Part shown: in pieces, positions 20,676-31,337 of the stretch | Position numbering within the stretch: the first letter of the stretch is position 1 | Layout of the letters: the number at the start of each line of letters is the position of its first letter | Source of the DNA: an uncultured Ignavibacteriales bacterium | GTDB taxonomy: Bacteria > Zixibacteria > MSB-5A5 > GN15 > JAAZOE01 | Direction: 5' to 3' | DNA: 64,000 nt | Assembly: GCA_964611355.1 (NCBI GenBank) | Contig: CAZSYD010000006.1 | Coordinates: forward strand, 1 to 64,000 | Notes under the pieces: generated by a model | What the model was told of the DNA's origin: nothing | The model's database searches: none | Seen by the model: the letters and a program-made list of their open reading frames with translations, nothing else | Position numbers and translations under genes: made by a program

Positions 20676-21228
20676 AACACTGAGATTCCTCCAAAATAGT
20701 TCCCTTGTCCAATAAAACTGTCAAACTATTTCCGACTTCGCAACCTTTAAAATATACTTTAGCTTTCATTCCGCGCATTGCCTCACAAATATATAGAGCC
20801 TTGAATCAACCTTTTCTTTATAGATTATATAGTACATAAATATTGAATATCTTAAGTTCGCGTGCCAATGCGCCGATATAAATAATGGGGTCGGGCCGGG
20901 CGAAAATGCTATGGCAATTCGTCAAACCATTCGGATAAGCAGCCCGGCCCCTTATTCTTATTATAAGACGCTTTGACAACCTACTTTCGGTCACCTTTTT
21001 TGTGAGGCAATTCACGGGCGGTTTTCGAGCTTGACTTATAGAAATGATTTACTATTATATAGTGAATCCGGCGAGGGCCTGCATTTTTCCGGAGCGGATT
21101 CTAATGCATTTACAAACTCTATAGTAACGACTGCGTTGAGAAAGCATATGGCTATGACCGGGCCCGGCTTCAAATGGCTGATGCAGCCGCCACCCGCGCC
21201 GGTCATGCCCGTATGCAAGGGAGGATCC

Positions 21229-23457
21229 ATGAAACGATGTTATGTTAACGTCATCTTACTTACGGCCATTCTTATTATCTTTGCCGGCGGTATATACGCG
21301 GACGAGAACCCAAAGCAGCCATTGAAAGATCAGGCGGCTATTCCCGCTAATATGGCGCCGTCTTATAGTAATGTCGGCGCGGACAGGGAAATTTCGGATG
21401 TCGCCACAAAAACTCCACCGACGGTTTTGGGCCCGGTCGAGACCAACGCCGTCGGCGTGCAGGTCGGTACCACGACCTTCGATTACCAGCACAACGGTAG
21501 CATGGGTCGTCAGATCGAGCATCGAAGTTCCGATTATCTCCATTTTGACTGGATGATCCAGACCGACATGTTTCTTGGCGGAGATCGAGGCGTCGGTTAC
21601 CAGGTATATGACCTGAGCCAGTGCGATTTTGTATTTGCCGGGGGCGGCATTCGGGTCAACACGGAATATGCCGGTTACGTCAACCTTGACGTCGATCCGG
21701 GCGGATGCGGTATCCCGGCCAGCCACGAGATAAATGCGGGAGACGGCTTTTATTACCCTACCGCCTATTGGGACTCCTGTCTCGCCGGCTCGCCGTCAGA
21801 GAAATTTGATTCCGATGCTCCAAGCGACATTTTTGGTTGGACGCAGCCTTTTGGTAATGAAAATATCTGGCCGATTATTGATTGGCAGGTCGGGACAGAG
21901 ACGGTTTTGCACATGGTTTGCGCTGAGTCCGGCACCCCGTCCGGTGATCCGCATACCATCTCCTACTACCGCCGCGCCGGCGCTTACGGAGTTGAAGACG
22001 GCGGAACCTGGTCGAGCCAGCGTCTGATCGATACCGTCATGGTCATCAGTCCGGTGGTGGCGGCATCTCCATTCAGCGATAAGGTCGCCATAGTCTGGAA
22101 CGCACCGGTTGATTTCTTGCGTGACACGCCGAGCGAGTTTACGGGCGGCATTGCCATCCAGTATCGCAATGATGTCTGGTTCGCCGTTTCGACCAACCAG
22201 GGAGCGGACTGGATTGCCGGAATCGGCAGCGGCTCGATCGGCCATGAGGTAGATAACGGAATCGGCATGGGTTATGATACCGATGGCGGGAATATTACTA
22301 CATACGGCTGGGACGGCGAGTGGAAGGCATATACAAATACTTCGGCGCTTTTTACCCACGACGATAATCTCCATATCGTCTGGAATTGCCGGCGCTGGAC
22401 AGATACTACTAGTCTTTATCGCCGTCAGTCGGGTATTTTTCACTGGTCGGAGGATAATCCGTCTATCAGTACCGTTATTGAAGCCATGTGGGACGCTGAC
22501 GGGTTGTGCTATGCTCACACTTGGGGTAGCGACGCGGACAAACCGTCAATTTCGGAGTGCGATAATAAACTCTATATACTTTATACCCAGTTTGGTAACG
22601 AGCAGTATCCGTGTTATGACCGTTCTTCTGCGCCTAACTACATAATGAACGGCGAACTATATCTGACCGGATCGGAAGACGGCGGAGCAAGCTGGGACGA
22701 ACCGCGGAATCTGACCAATTCGGTCACTCCCCTGTGTGCTGCCGGCGATTGCGAAAGTGACTACTGGCCGACCATGGCCCGGTATGGCCGTATGGAAACC
22801 TGCGGTGATCTGGCCGGTCATAATGTTCTGGACATTCTTTACATCAATGACCGGCATGCCGGCGGTGTAGCTCAAGATGAGGGCGAGTTCACTGTCAACC
22901 CCGTCATGTGGCTGGCGACGGAGTGCCGAGGAATCGGAGAAGATACCTGTGCCGCTCAGAATCTGGGTGACGTTGATAACAACGGCAATATCGAATCTGA
23001 CGACCTGTCATATTTGACTCAATTCCTTTATGAGGGCGGCCCAACGCCTCCGGTTATGCCGAACGCCGATGTCAATGCTGACTGCTGGATCGACGGCGCC
23101 GATATCAAATACCTTGACGATTACCTCAACTGGGGCGGCCCGGATCCCGATGCCTGTACCTGCGTTAATCCGGAGGTTTGTGATTGCAGGGTCGGCGACG
23201 CTAATGGAGATCAGTCTATCAACCTCGGCGACGGGGTTTATATCAACAACATTGTGTTCCATAGCGGTCCGATTCCGACACCGTATGTAATCTGCAGCGG
23301 TGACGCCAACAAGGATTGCACCGTCAACCTCGGAGACGCCGTCTTCATTAACAACGTGGTCTTCCATAACGGGCCGATGCCTGTCTATTGCCACGAATGG
23401 GCTCAGGATCCGCCGGATGGTTGTGGTTCGTTGCAGAAAGATATTAAACAGAGATAA
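21229..23457 (+). CDS. secreted Asp-box (BNR)-containing protein with two C-terminal dockerin domains
   Basis: GGAGG RBS then MKRCYV signal peptide; STNQGADW and SEDGGASW; four GD(V/A)NxD Ca-loop repeats (two dockerins); Cys-rich. Confidence 0.8.
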   Translation: MKRCYVNVILLTAILIIFAGGIYADENPKQPLKDQAAIPANMAPSYSNVGADREISDVATKTPPTVLGPVETNAVGVQVGTTTFDYQHNGSMGRQIEHRSSDYLHFDWMIQTDMFLGGDRGVGYQVYDLSQCDFVFAGGGIRVNTEYAGYVNLDVDPGGCGIPASHEINAGDGFYYPTAYWDSCLAGSPSEKFDSDAPSDIFGWTQPFGNENIWPIIDWQVGTETVLHMVCAESGTPSGDPHTISYYRRAGAYGVEDGGTWSSQRLIDTVMVISPVVAASPFSDKVAIVWNAPVDFLRDTPSEFTGGIAIQYRNDVWFAVSTNQGADWIAGIGSGSIGHEVDNGIGMGYDTDGGNITTYGWDGEWKAYTNTSALFTHDDNLHIVWNCRRWTDTTSLYRRQSGIFHWSEDNPSISTVIEAMWDADGLCYAHTWGSDADKPSISECDNKLYILYTQFGNEQYPCYDRSSAPNYIMNGELYLTGSEDGGASWDEPRNLTNSVTPLCAAGDCESDYWPTMARYGRMETCGDLAGHNVLDILYINDRHAGGVAQDEGEFTVNPVMWLATECRGIGEDTCAAQNLGDVDNNGNIESDDLSYLTQFLYEGGPTPPVMPNADVNADCWIDGADIKYLDDYLNWGGPDPDACTCVNPEVCDCRVGDANGDQSINLGDGVYINNIVFHSGPIPTPYVICSGDANKDCTVNLGDAVFINNVVFHNGPMPVYCHEWAQDPPDGCGSLQKDIKQR

Positions 23458-23467
23458 ACGATAAGTT

Positions 23468-23502
23468 GAACAAGGGGTCATAATCGTTTGGCCCCTTGTT
23501 TA
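23468..23502 (+). terminator. probable terminator hairpin
   Basis: AACAAGGGGTCA...TGGCCCCTTGTT between convergent genes. Confidence 0.65.
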
Positions 23503-23558
23503 TTAACAGTCTCCCCTGCCGGATAAGGGTCACGGCTCCCGGCACTTCCAAGATAATC

Positions 23559-24476
23559 TTAATGTTTTTCTTTACGTTCCCGAAATAACTGACCGATCTC
23601 GGCGCCGAGGATAAACACCAGGGACGTATAATAAATCCAGAAGGCGACAATGATCATGAAAAAGTAAGCGCCGTATATCCGTTTCAGTGTAACGACGTTG
23701 GTGATATAGAAGCCGAACACCCATTCCGCCAGAAGCCATAGTAACGAGGCTGATACCGCGCTGACGACGATTGCTTTTTTGGGCGGTTTTTTGTAAGGAA
23801 TAAAATAATACACTATAAAAAAGCTTACCAAAATGATCAGGATCGAGAAACCGTTCAGGGCGAATTCGCCCAGGAAATCAAGATTAAGGTTTCTTATGAA
23901 TTGGCTCTTTTCGGCGAAATCCTCGATGATTCGCATTGTCGGCAATATCATTGTTGAAATAAGGAAATAAGCCAGCACCAGCAAGACCAGACCCAAATCA
24001 CGCAACTTGCCGATCAGCACCGATTCCGAGGCAGTTACCCGGTAAATTGTATTCAGTGTGGTGCGCATGCTGCTGAACAGACTGCTGGCTGCGAAGAACA
24101 ATCCGGCAATGCCGATTATTCCCGCCAGGTTTTTATATATTGCGAATTCATTCACGCGCGGAAAAACCAGTTGTTTGACGGACTCGGCAAAATCCGCATA
24201 CGGGATAACATTCTCAATGAAAGAGTTTATTTCCTGCGTAATTGAGGGTTTTTCGAGAACGATACCAAGGGCGGCAAAGACTACTAACATCAAGGGTATG
24301 ATACAGACGAATAGAGAAAAAGTCAGTCCGCCCGCCATCAGGAATATGTGGTGTTCGCCGACACGGTGGTATAATCCGGCGGCATAATAGGCGACACTTC
24401 TCCATAATGATTGCAAGTGTTCCTTTAACCTGTTTTTGCGAAATATATCGTCGGTCATCCAATAGTCCCGTCGCAA
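23559..24476 (-). CDS. YihY/virulence factor BrkB family inner-membrane protein
   Basis: A.GL.F..F..IIP, IYGA...FWIYY...ILGAEI; about 6 TM helices. Confidence 0.88.
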   Translation of the reverse strand: MRRDYWMTDDIFRKNRLKEHLQSLWRSVAYYAAGLYHRVGEHHIFLMAGGLTFSLFVCIIPLMLVVFAALGIVLEKPSITQEINSFIENVIPYADFAESVKQLVFPRVNEFAIYKNLAGIIGIAGLFFAASSLFSSMRTTLNTIYRVTASESVLIGKLRDLGLVLLVLAYFLISTMILPTMRIIEDFAEKSQFIRNLNLDFLGEFALNGFSILIILVSFFIVYYFIPYKKPPKKAIVVSAVSASLLWLLAEWVFGFYITNVVTLKRIYGAYFFMIIVAFWIYYTSLVFILGAEIGQLFRERKEKH

Positions 24477-24693
24477 ACTCGCCCTAAAAGACTTAATAAC
24501 ATAACCGAAATATTAGCAGAATACTCCCGGGTCAGCAAGCCTTTTTACGGTCTCTTTTTCGCCCTTATCGATTATTGACTCAGAAGGCTTATTTTTGCGT
24601 GCGGAATGCGAATATTTTGCATATATTCTACGTCATTAAATTGAATAAAGATCGAAACTCGTACGCAACATTTATAAAAAGACAGGAGAAACA

Positions 24694-26586
24694 ATGAAAA
24701 AGTCATCGTTTTGCAAGCCGCGACTGATGTTACTTGTCGTTATGTTCTGGCTTTTGGCCTGCCCGTTGATTTTGGCTGCCGGCACTGACGGTATTCCGCA
24801 GCGTGAGGATATCGAAGACAAGTACAAATGGCAGGTTGAGGACATGTACGAAGATATCTCCGTGTGGGAGGCGGACTTTAAACTGCTCGAATCAGGCCTG
24901 GTCGGTTATGAAAAATATGAAGGTCATCTGGGCGATTCCCCGGAAATGCTGCTGAACTGCCTTAAGCTGTCGGACAGTTTGGGCGTAATCGACGGCAACC
25001 TGTATGTCTATGCCTACCTTAAGCTGGACGAGGACAACCGCCGCAGCGAATACCAGGAACTGGGCGGACGTATTTCAGCCCTGGACGCCAGATTCGAAGA
25101 AGCCGGGGCATTTATCGAGCCCGAACTTTTGACCCTTGATCTGGGAAAGATTGAATCTTTCATGAAAGAAAAGCCGGAGCTTGAAGTTTATCGCTTCTAC
25201 TTCGAAAACATGATGCGGCAAAAGGAACATATCCTCTCCTCCGAGGAAGAAGGCATAATTGCTCAAGCCGCACCGCTTATTCAAACGCCGCTGAAAGTTT
25301 TTAACATGATTGACAACGCCGACCACAAGCTGGGTACGGTTGTCGACAGTTCCGGGAAAAAGATTGAGCTCACCTATGGACGCTATCTCCGAATTCTTAA
25401 AGGCACAGATCGCGAAATGAGGAGGATAGCCAATGACACTGTCCAGCAGTCATGGCTCAGGTATATAAATACCCTGGCAGCCACGTTCGGTTCCTCGCTT
25501 GAGAAGGACCTTTTTCTTACCAAAGTGCGAGAGTACAACAGTACCCTGGAACGAACACTGGATGATGACAACATTCCCCAAGAAGTTTACAACAACCTGA
25601 TTGAAACCGTTAATGCCAACCTGGCTCCGTTGCATAAATGGATTAGCCTGCGGAAAAAGGTTTTGGGATATGATACGCTGTTCACTTATGATCTTTCCGT
25701 TTCGCTGGTGCCGGAATTTGAAAAGAAATATTCTTACGAAGAAACGAAAAGGCTGGTGCTTAAAGGACTTAAACCCCTGGGCAAGCATTACATCGACAAT
25801 TTCAAAGCGGGCTTGAATTCCAGTTGGGTCGACGTTTACGAAAACGAAGGCAAGGGTTCGGGGGCATATCAGTGGGGTACCTACACCTCTCATCCGTATG
25901 TGCTGATGAACTTCGACAGTACCCTGAGCAGCCTGTTTACCCTCGCCCACGAGATGGGACATGCTCTGAACAGTTACTATTCAAACCAAAAAGAGCCATA
26001 TCTTTACCACAATCATTCAACCTTTACGGCCGAGGTGGCTTCGACCTGCAATGAAGCGATTCTGATGAAATACCTTCTGACCAACGCCGAAAGCAAAGAG
26101 GAGAAACTGGTTCTGCTGGAGCATTACATTCGGCAGATCGACGGGACGTTTTTCACCCAGGTGATGTTCTCCGAATTTGAACAGGCGGTTCATGAACACC
26201 TTCAAAACGGCGGGGCGACATCGGTCGATTATTTCCGGAAGACTTATCGGGATATTTTCCAGAAATACTACGGCCCCGACCTGACTGTTGGCATCAACAA
26301 TGACATGAGCGGGATGAAAATCTATCACTTCTATCGCACATTCTATGTCTATCAGTACGCCACGAGTTACGCGGCCGCTCAGATGCTTTCGCAAAAAATC
26401 CTCGAAGGAGATAAAAAAGCGCTGGAGGCTTATATGACGTTCCTTGCCACCGGGTCTTCGAAGTATCCTGTTGATATTCTCAAAGACGCCGGTGTCGATG
26501 TGACCGGTCCGGAGCCGGTGGAAAGAACGATAAGGTTATTTGGCGAACTGGTTGACGAAATGGAACGGTTTCTTGAAGCAAAATAA
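24694..26586 (+). CDS. pepF: oligoendopeptidase F (M3B) with N-terminal signal peptide
   Basis: R.DIEDKYKW, KGSGAY, HPYVLMN, TLAHEMGH, AEVAST.NE and HFY..FYVYQYA motifs. Confidence 0.93.
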   Translation: MKKSSFCKPRLMLLVVMFWLLACPLILAAGTDGIPQREDIEDKYKWQVEDMYEDISVWEADFKLLESGLVGYEKYEGHLGDSPEMLLNCLKLSDSLGVIDGNLYVYAYLKLDEDNRRSEYQELGGRISALDARFEEAGAFIEPELLTLDLGKIESFMKEKPELEVYRFYFENMMRQKEHILSSEEEGIIAQAAPLIQTPLKVFNMIDNADHKLGTVVDSSGKKIELTYGRYLRILKGTDREMRRIANDTVQQSWLRYINTLAATFGSSLEKDLFLTKVREYNSTLERTLDDDNIPQEVYNNLIETVNANLAPLHKWISLRKKVLGYDTLFTYDLSVSLVPEFEKKYSYEETKRLVLKGLKPLGKHYIDNFKAGLNSSWVDVYENEGKGSGAYQWGTYTSHPYVLMNFDSTLSSLFTLAHEMGHALNSYYSNQKEPYLYHNHSTFTAEVASTCNEAILMKYLLTNAESKEEKLVLLEHYIRQIDGTFFTQVMFSEFEQAVHEHLQNGGATSVDYFRKTYRDIFQKYYGPDLTVGINNDMSGMKIYHFYRTFYVYQYATSYAAAQMLSQKILEGDKKALEAYMTFLATGSSKYPVDILKDAGVDVTGPEPVERTIRLFGELVDEMERFLEAK

Positions 26587-26608
26587 CCTGAATCGAACAT
26601 GAGAAAAT

Positions 26609-26641
26609 CGGCCGGCGGATAAATCCGTTGGCCGTTTTTTT
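26609..26641 (+). terminator. intrinsic terminator
   Basis: CGGCCGGCGGAT/ATCCGTTGGCCG hairpin followed by a T-tract. Confidence 0.8.
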
Positions 26642-26822
26642 ATTTACAATACACTAAAGGCTGACATTGCCGGTAGATATGAACCAAATTTCAAGGACCT
26701 GACGAAACATACTGTTTTCAACTTACCCGTGACTTACAATGTAAATGCATATTAGAATAAGGCAGATAAAGCATATTATAAGATAATTGAAATAAGACAA
26801 TCTGTCAGAAAATAACTAAAAA

Positions 26823-28241
26823 TCAATTTAGCGAGAAAGCGTGGACAAGGTTTAATCCGTTTTTGAGAACCCGGTAATCGTCGATATGCGTCACGCCGAC
26901 AATTTCTCCGTGCCTGTCCAGAAACTCAATCGTTAAATTGTATGTTCCCGGTTCGATTTCGAAATCGCCGATAAAGATTTTGCCGGGCAGAAGTCGTGAA
27001 CAGCGCAGGTCGGCGTTTTCGGAAACATCGGTGGCTATATCTACCACAAGCTTTTTTAACCAGCCTCCACCACCACCGGTGTCGGCTTTCTTTTTGAGTT
27101 TATGGGCCGCCAGTCCCTTGGCCACGGCGCGAGCCACCGTGCGAAGATAAACCAGGGATTTCTTCGCTTCAAACGTTTCTTTTGCCACCGCCGCGATATC
27201 TTCAATAAGTCGGAGCTCGCTGATTGGTTGAAGATCAATCAATACTCGCACGCGGTTAATGACCGATGCCCGCGATATAATTTGGGGGATCGAAAACTTG
27301 AAATAGTAATCTTCAGATATAGGCATGGCCAGATGTCCGTATTCGCTGCCTTTTCTTTTCGGATCGGTATATAAAATCTGGACAAGATCGAGGTCTTTAT
27401 CGGTTCGAAGACGAAGATTTAAGGCTTCTTTAACGGGCGACAAGCCGACCAGGGTCACGAAACTAAGTATCGCCTTTCCCCTTGAGGAATATTTGACCTC
27501 GGGCATATCGAAGCTGTAAATATGCGGTTGTTCGATAAAAGCCCGCCGAAGCAGATCATAGTCAATTCGAGCGTCATCCATTTTCCCTTCGGCGGCGTAC
27601 ATGTGCATGCTTAGGTAACGGGCAAACGCATCGTTGTTGAACCTGACTTTTGACGCATTATACTTTATTTCCACGCGAACGGAATCATCCTGAGCACCCT
27701 CGTTGAATTTCCGGGCGGCCCGGCGGTATTTCTGCTCCAGCAGATCAAGCTTCTCGTTGGCCCTTTTTACCTCGACGAAGGCGTCGTCAAAATCATCGAG
27801 AGCGATATAATTGAGGGTCTTGATGAGATTGGCGTAGAGGATTTCGTAATCTTCGCCGGCGTACTCAAGCACGTTATCGTTGAGAATCACAGACGCCGCC
27901 GCCCGCGATACGCTCCTGGTGAAAAGCTCATCGGCGGCATCTTCGGCCAGGGTCAGTTTCTCATTGCTGATTTCGTGACGTGAGGCGTAATGATTGACCA
28001 GCCCGACGTCAAGATAATAGAGAAACCGGTCTTTTGACTTATACTTCCCGGCGGCCAGGGCGGCTTCGACCTTTTCAACGGCCGTGTTAAAATTATGTGC
28101 CCTTAGCTCGGCGGTGATTGGTTCATAGAACGCTTTTTGTGTCGTAACCGAACTGCAGCCGACAAACAGAACCGGGCATACCACCGCCACGACAAAAACC
28201 GGCTTCACGAAACTTATTGATGAACCGGCCGATTTTACCAC
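26823..28241 (-). CDS. TPR-like lipoprotein (COG3014-like)
   Basis: Lipobox FVGC; LNDNVLEYAGEDYE and SENADLR...LP motifs; coupled to the LpoB-like gene. Confidence 0.7.
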   Translation of the reverse strand: MVKSAGSSISFVKPVFVVAVVCPVLFVGCSSVTTQKAFYEPITAELRAHNFNTAVEKVEAALAAGKYKSKDRFLYYLDVGLVNHYASRHEISNEKLTLAEDAADELFTRSVSRAAASVILNDNVLEYAGEDYEILYANLIKTLNYIALDDFDDAFVEVKRANEKLDLLEQKYRRAARKFNEGAQDDSVRVEIKYNASKVRFNNDAFARYLSMHMYAAEGKMDDARIDYDLLRRAFIEQPHIYSFDMPEVKYSSRGKAILSFVTLVGLSPVKEALNLRLRTDKDLDLVQILYTDPKRKGSEYGHLAMPISEDYYFKFSIPQIISRASVINRVRVLIDLQPISELRLIEDIAAVAKETFEAKKSLVYLRTVARAVAKGLAAHKLKKKADTGGGGGWLKKLVVDIATDVSENADLRCSRLLPGKIFIGDFEIEPGTYNLTIEFLDRHGEIVGVTHIDDYRVLKNGLNLVHAFSLN

Positions 28242-28840
28242 TTCGTCTTTTTCTTGGAGATTTCTTTTTTAATCTTCTTTGTCCCGATCCAGACCTTCTC
28301 GTTGCTTTCGATGTTAATCAGTTCCAGATCCGTTTGATAATAAATAACCCGGAGACCTTCGACCTGATCCACGATTGACTTGATGGCCCCGAGAAGAATA
28401 AAGTCGGCGCCGGTTTCATTCCTGATTTGTTTCATCGTTTCCCTGGATGCGAAATCGCGCTGGTCGAACCGTTCCTCGCGGATGTCTTCCCGCTGGGCGC
28501 GCTTGCCCACGAACCTGACCCGCCCGGAGTTAAGGAGTTCCCTCTCGAAATCGGTGGTAAAGGTCTCTGTGTCGACATGTTCGTCGCTCTTATTTCGAAT
28601 CGGCCCGACGGTCACGATCGGTTTCTGGCCGCTGGCCACCACCCAGTCAGTCAGCCATACGCGTGAAAGACAATCCGAAACCATTTCTTCGGCCACCAGC
28701 CGGGCATCGGTATCGTTCCATTTGCCGCTTACGTCGGTAACAGTTTCCGGTTCGAGGCGGTGAACCTTACGGGATGATCCACACCCCACAACCAGGAATG
28801 TCAGGCAAAAGGCAAATAGAATCAAAATTCCCTGTTTCAC
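28235..28840 (-). CDS. penicillin-binding protein activator LpoB-like lipoprotein
   Basis: AGGAGG RBS and GTG; lipobox VVGC; SGKWNDTD, NKSDEHVDT, GADFIL.G.I and KVWIG motifs. Confidence 0.8.
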   Translation of the reverse strand: MKQGILILFAFCLTFLVVGCGSSRKVHRLEPETVTDVSGKWNDTDARLVAEEMVSDCLSRVWLTDWVVASGQKPIVTVGPIRNKSDEHVDTETFTTDFERELLNSGRVRFVGKRAQREDIREERFDQRDFASRETMKQIRNETGADFILLGAIKSIVDQVEGLRVIYYQTDLELINIESNEKVWIGTKKIKKEISKKKTKW

Positions 28841-29297
28841 TGTTCCTCCTTTTTTGAAAAGCCGGATTTGAACCGGGTGTATTCCAAAAATTTCATTATC
28901 CATTAATTCTGATATTAGAACATACGCGAATTATAGACAAGTTTTTTTTAACAGGCATGGGGCAAGTTTATTTCGGCTGCTTTTTCTAACATTATTAATA
29001 ATTCGACGCTAAATGCATAATTTCGGGGAGAAAAATCACGGTTTTCCCTTTCATATCCCGCAACGCCAATTTAGCCAATTTCCGGGATGCGGTCGCATAT
29101 AAACCGATGGTTTAGTATTAATATATAACGTAATGTATTATAACAAGAACGGCTGCTATTTAAATTTAGTAAATTGCTGTTGAACTTAAAATTGATAATA
29201 AAAAAGCGCGGCAGACAGAACGTCTTATCTGCAAAATATCTTCCGCAACGGGCTTGAATTGATTAATTTCAGGCGACATTGATTTACTGGAATATTA

Positions 29298-31337
29298 ATG
29301 AGCAGTAAAATAAATAATCATATATCATTTGGCCTGCTACTGATTCTTTTTGTCCTTTATGTTACAGCCGTCCTGTTCGGCGTCATGCAGCTCTGGGGTT
29401 TGAATATCGCCAAATTCCTGCCCGGCTGGTGGAGCTGGCTGACTATCGCAGTTACAGCCGCCACGCTTTTGCCACGGGTGTCCCGAAAGCTGCTGGCTTT
29501 ACTTGAAAGATTTTCGAGGAAACTCGCCACCGATAAAGCGAAAAGGTTGGTATTTCTGCTTTTGCTTTCATGCGCTCTCTTCCCGATCTGGCTGATTTTC
29601 TATTCGAAAGGATACTTTCTCGGCGATGCCACTCTGCGCCTTAACCTTATCGCCGGCGGACAGCTCTGGCTCCCTACTGAAATTGGAGACTTTTTTATCC
29701 ACTCCATCATTGACCGACTGGCGCTGGAACCGTTTGGATACCAGGTCGCCCTCGGTTATCACATCGTCAGCGCCCTGTGCGGAGTTGCCTTTTTGATCGG
29801 AGCATACCGGCTGGCTCTTTATCTTAAACCATCCCAGTCTTTATTCATCTTTCTAATTATGATGTCGTCGGGGATGACAGTCATGTTTTTCGGTTACATC
29901 GAAAGCTATTCGATCCTCGCCGCGCTTCTGCCATATCTTGTTCTTTCGGCCTTGAAGGTGATTGACGGAAAATCAGGCTCAACTGTCTTTATTATCCTTT
30001 TTATTCTAACCGTCGTTATACACTCGATGGCTATCGCTATTCTGACGGGGTTTTTTATTATGACCCTCGTTGTATCTCGGGTTGGGATTGACCGGGCGCG
30101 CCGGATATCTCTTTGTTTGACGTTCCTGATAATAATTGGAATTGTTTTTGTTTATATCGCTCGCGCCGTCGGTATAGACTGGGCGCAACGATACTTGCTG
30201 GCGCCGCTGCCGTCTGAAGATTACCGACAGGGTATTTTCACTCTTAATCACCCGTTGAATATCTTCAACTGGCTTTGCCTTTCCGCCCTGCCGTCCATGG
30301 TAATATTCGCTTCAATTCCGAGGAAAGGACGAAAAGAAGAGGATGACGCTGTCCACAGGAGGATTATTCCGGCTATATGGATGATCGTACCGGTAGTGGT
30401 ATTTATGTTTTTCTTTATTCCGCAGCTTGGCGGCCCGCGCGACTGGGATCTCTTCTCCCCTGCAGCATTTCTGCTGATACCGGCGGCGTTGATTATCTAC
30501 CTGGCCAAATCAAATAAACGATTACCTCCTCATATACTCCCGATTACGGTGCTATCGCTTTGCATTACAATTTCGTTTGCCGCGGTAAACGCATCGGTAA
30601 CCAGAGCAGCCGATCGCTTTTGCGAAATAATCGAGGTTTCCAAATTCAAGAATCTGTTCAAGGAATACGGCATGCTTTACAATTTCGCCAAAAATACTCC
30701 GGAATTGGAAAGTCGCGCACTGGAATTCGGGTTAAAGGCGTGGGCCGAGCCACCGTATAATAAAAACGATTCCGTACTTATGGCCAATGAACTAGCGGAA
30801 ATCTTTATAAATGCGCAGGACAAAAGTCGGGCTTACCGGTACCTGCGCCATTCTTTTGCCGCCGACAGCGCGGATCTTACAATCCATCTTCTGCTGGTGG
30901 ATTATTACCGTGCTTTTGGCGAGACTGATAAATTGCCTGATCTGGCATCGAGAATGGAACGGCTTTTTTCCAATAATCCGCATGCCCTGTTAAGCGCCGG
31001 AATGATATTTCAGGAACACAACATGATGGAACGGGCGGGAAAAGCATTGGGGCGGGCATACGAACTAAACAGGAACGACCCGCTGATCACACTAAATTAC
31101 GGAATCTATCATTATGATATCGGGGATTATGATCAGTGCATTGAACTTTTGTACGGTATAAAGGAAAGCGACCGTTTCGGCTTCTTTGCCTTTTATTACA
31201 AGGCGAGCGCGTATCTCGAACTGGGTGAAATCGAAAAAGCCCGCGCAAGCTTAGCAATAGCCGAAAGGCTTCAAAAATCCCCTGATGAGAAACGCATGCT
31301 GCAGACATTAAAGCAAAGGCTGAATGACTACCTATAG
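29298..31337 (+). CDS. polytopic membrane protein with C-terminal TPRs (putative GT-C fold glycosyltransferase)
   Basis: About 12 hydrophobic segments; loop motifs LGD, FFGYIESY and RDWDLF; TPR-like tail. Confidence 0.6.
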   Translation: MSSKINNHISFGLLLILFVLYVTAVLFGVMQLWGLNIAKFLPGWWSWLTIAVTAATLLPRVSRKLLALLERFSRKLATDKAKRLVFLLLLSCALFPIWLIFYSKGYFLGDATLRLNLIAGGQLWLPTEIGDFFIHSIIDRLALEPFGYQVALGYHIVSALCGVAFLIGAYRLALYLKPSQSLFIFLIMMSSGMTVMFFGYIESYSILAALLPYLVLSALKVIDGKSGSTVFIILFILTVVIHSMAIAILTGFFIMTLVVSRVGIDRARRISLCLTFLIIIGIVFVYIARAVGIDWAQRYLLAPLPSEDYRQGIFTLNHPLNIFNWLCLSALPSMVIFASIPRKGRKEEDDAVHRRIIPAIWMIVPVVVFMFFFIPQLGGPRDWDLFSPAAFLLIPAALIIYLAKSNKRLPPHILPITVLSLCITISFAAVNASVTRAADRFCEIIEVSKFKNLFKEYGMLYNFAKNTPELESRALEFGLKAWAEPPYNKNDSVLMANELAEIFINAQDKSRAYRYLRHSFAADSADLTIHLLLVDYYRAFGETDKLPDLASRMERLFSNNPHALLSAGMIFQEHNMMERAGKALGRAYELNRNDPLITLNYGIYHYDIGDYDQCIELLYGIKESDRFGFFAFYYKASAYLELGEIEKARASLAIAERLQKSPDEKRMLQTLKQRLNDYL

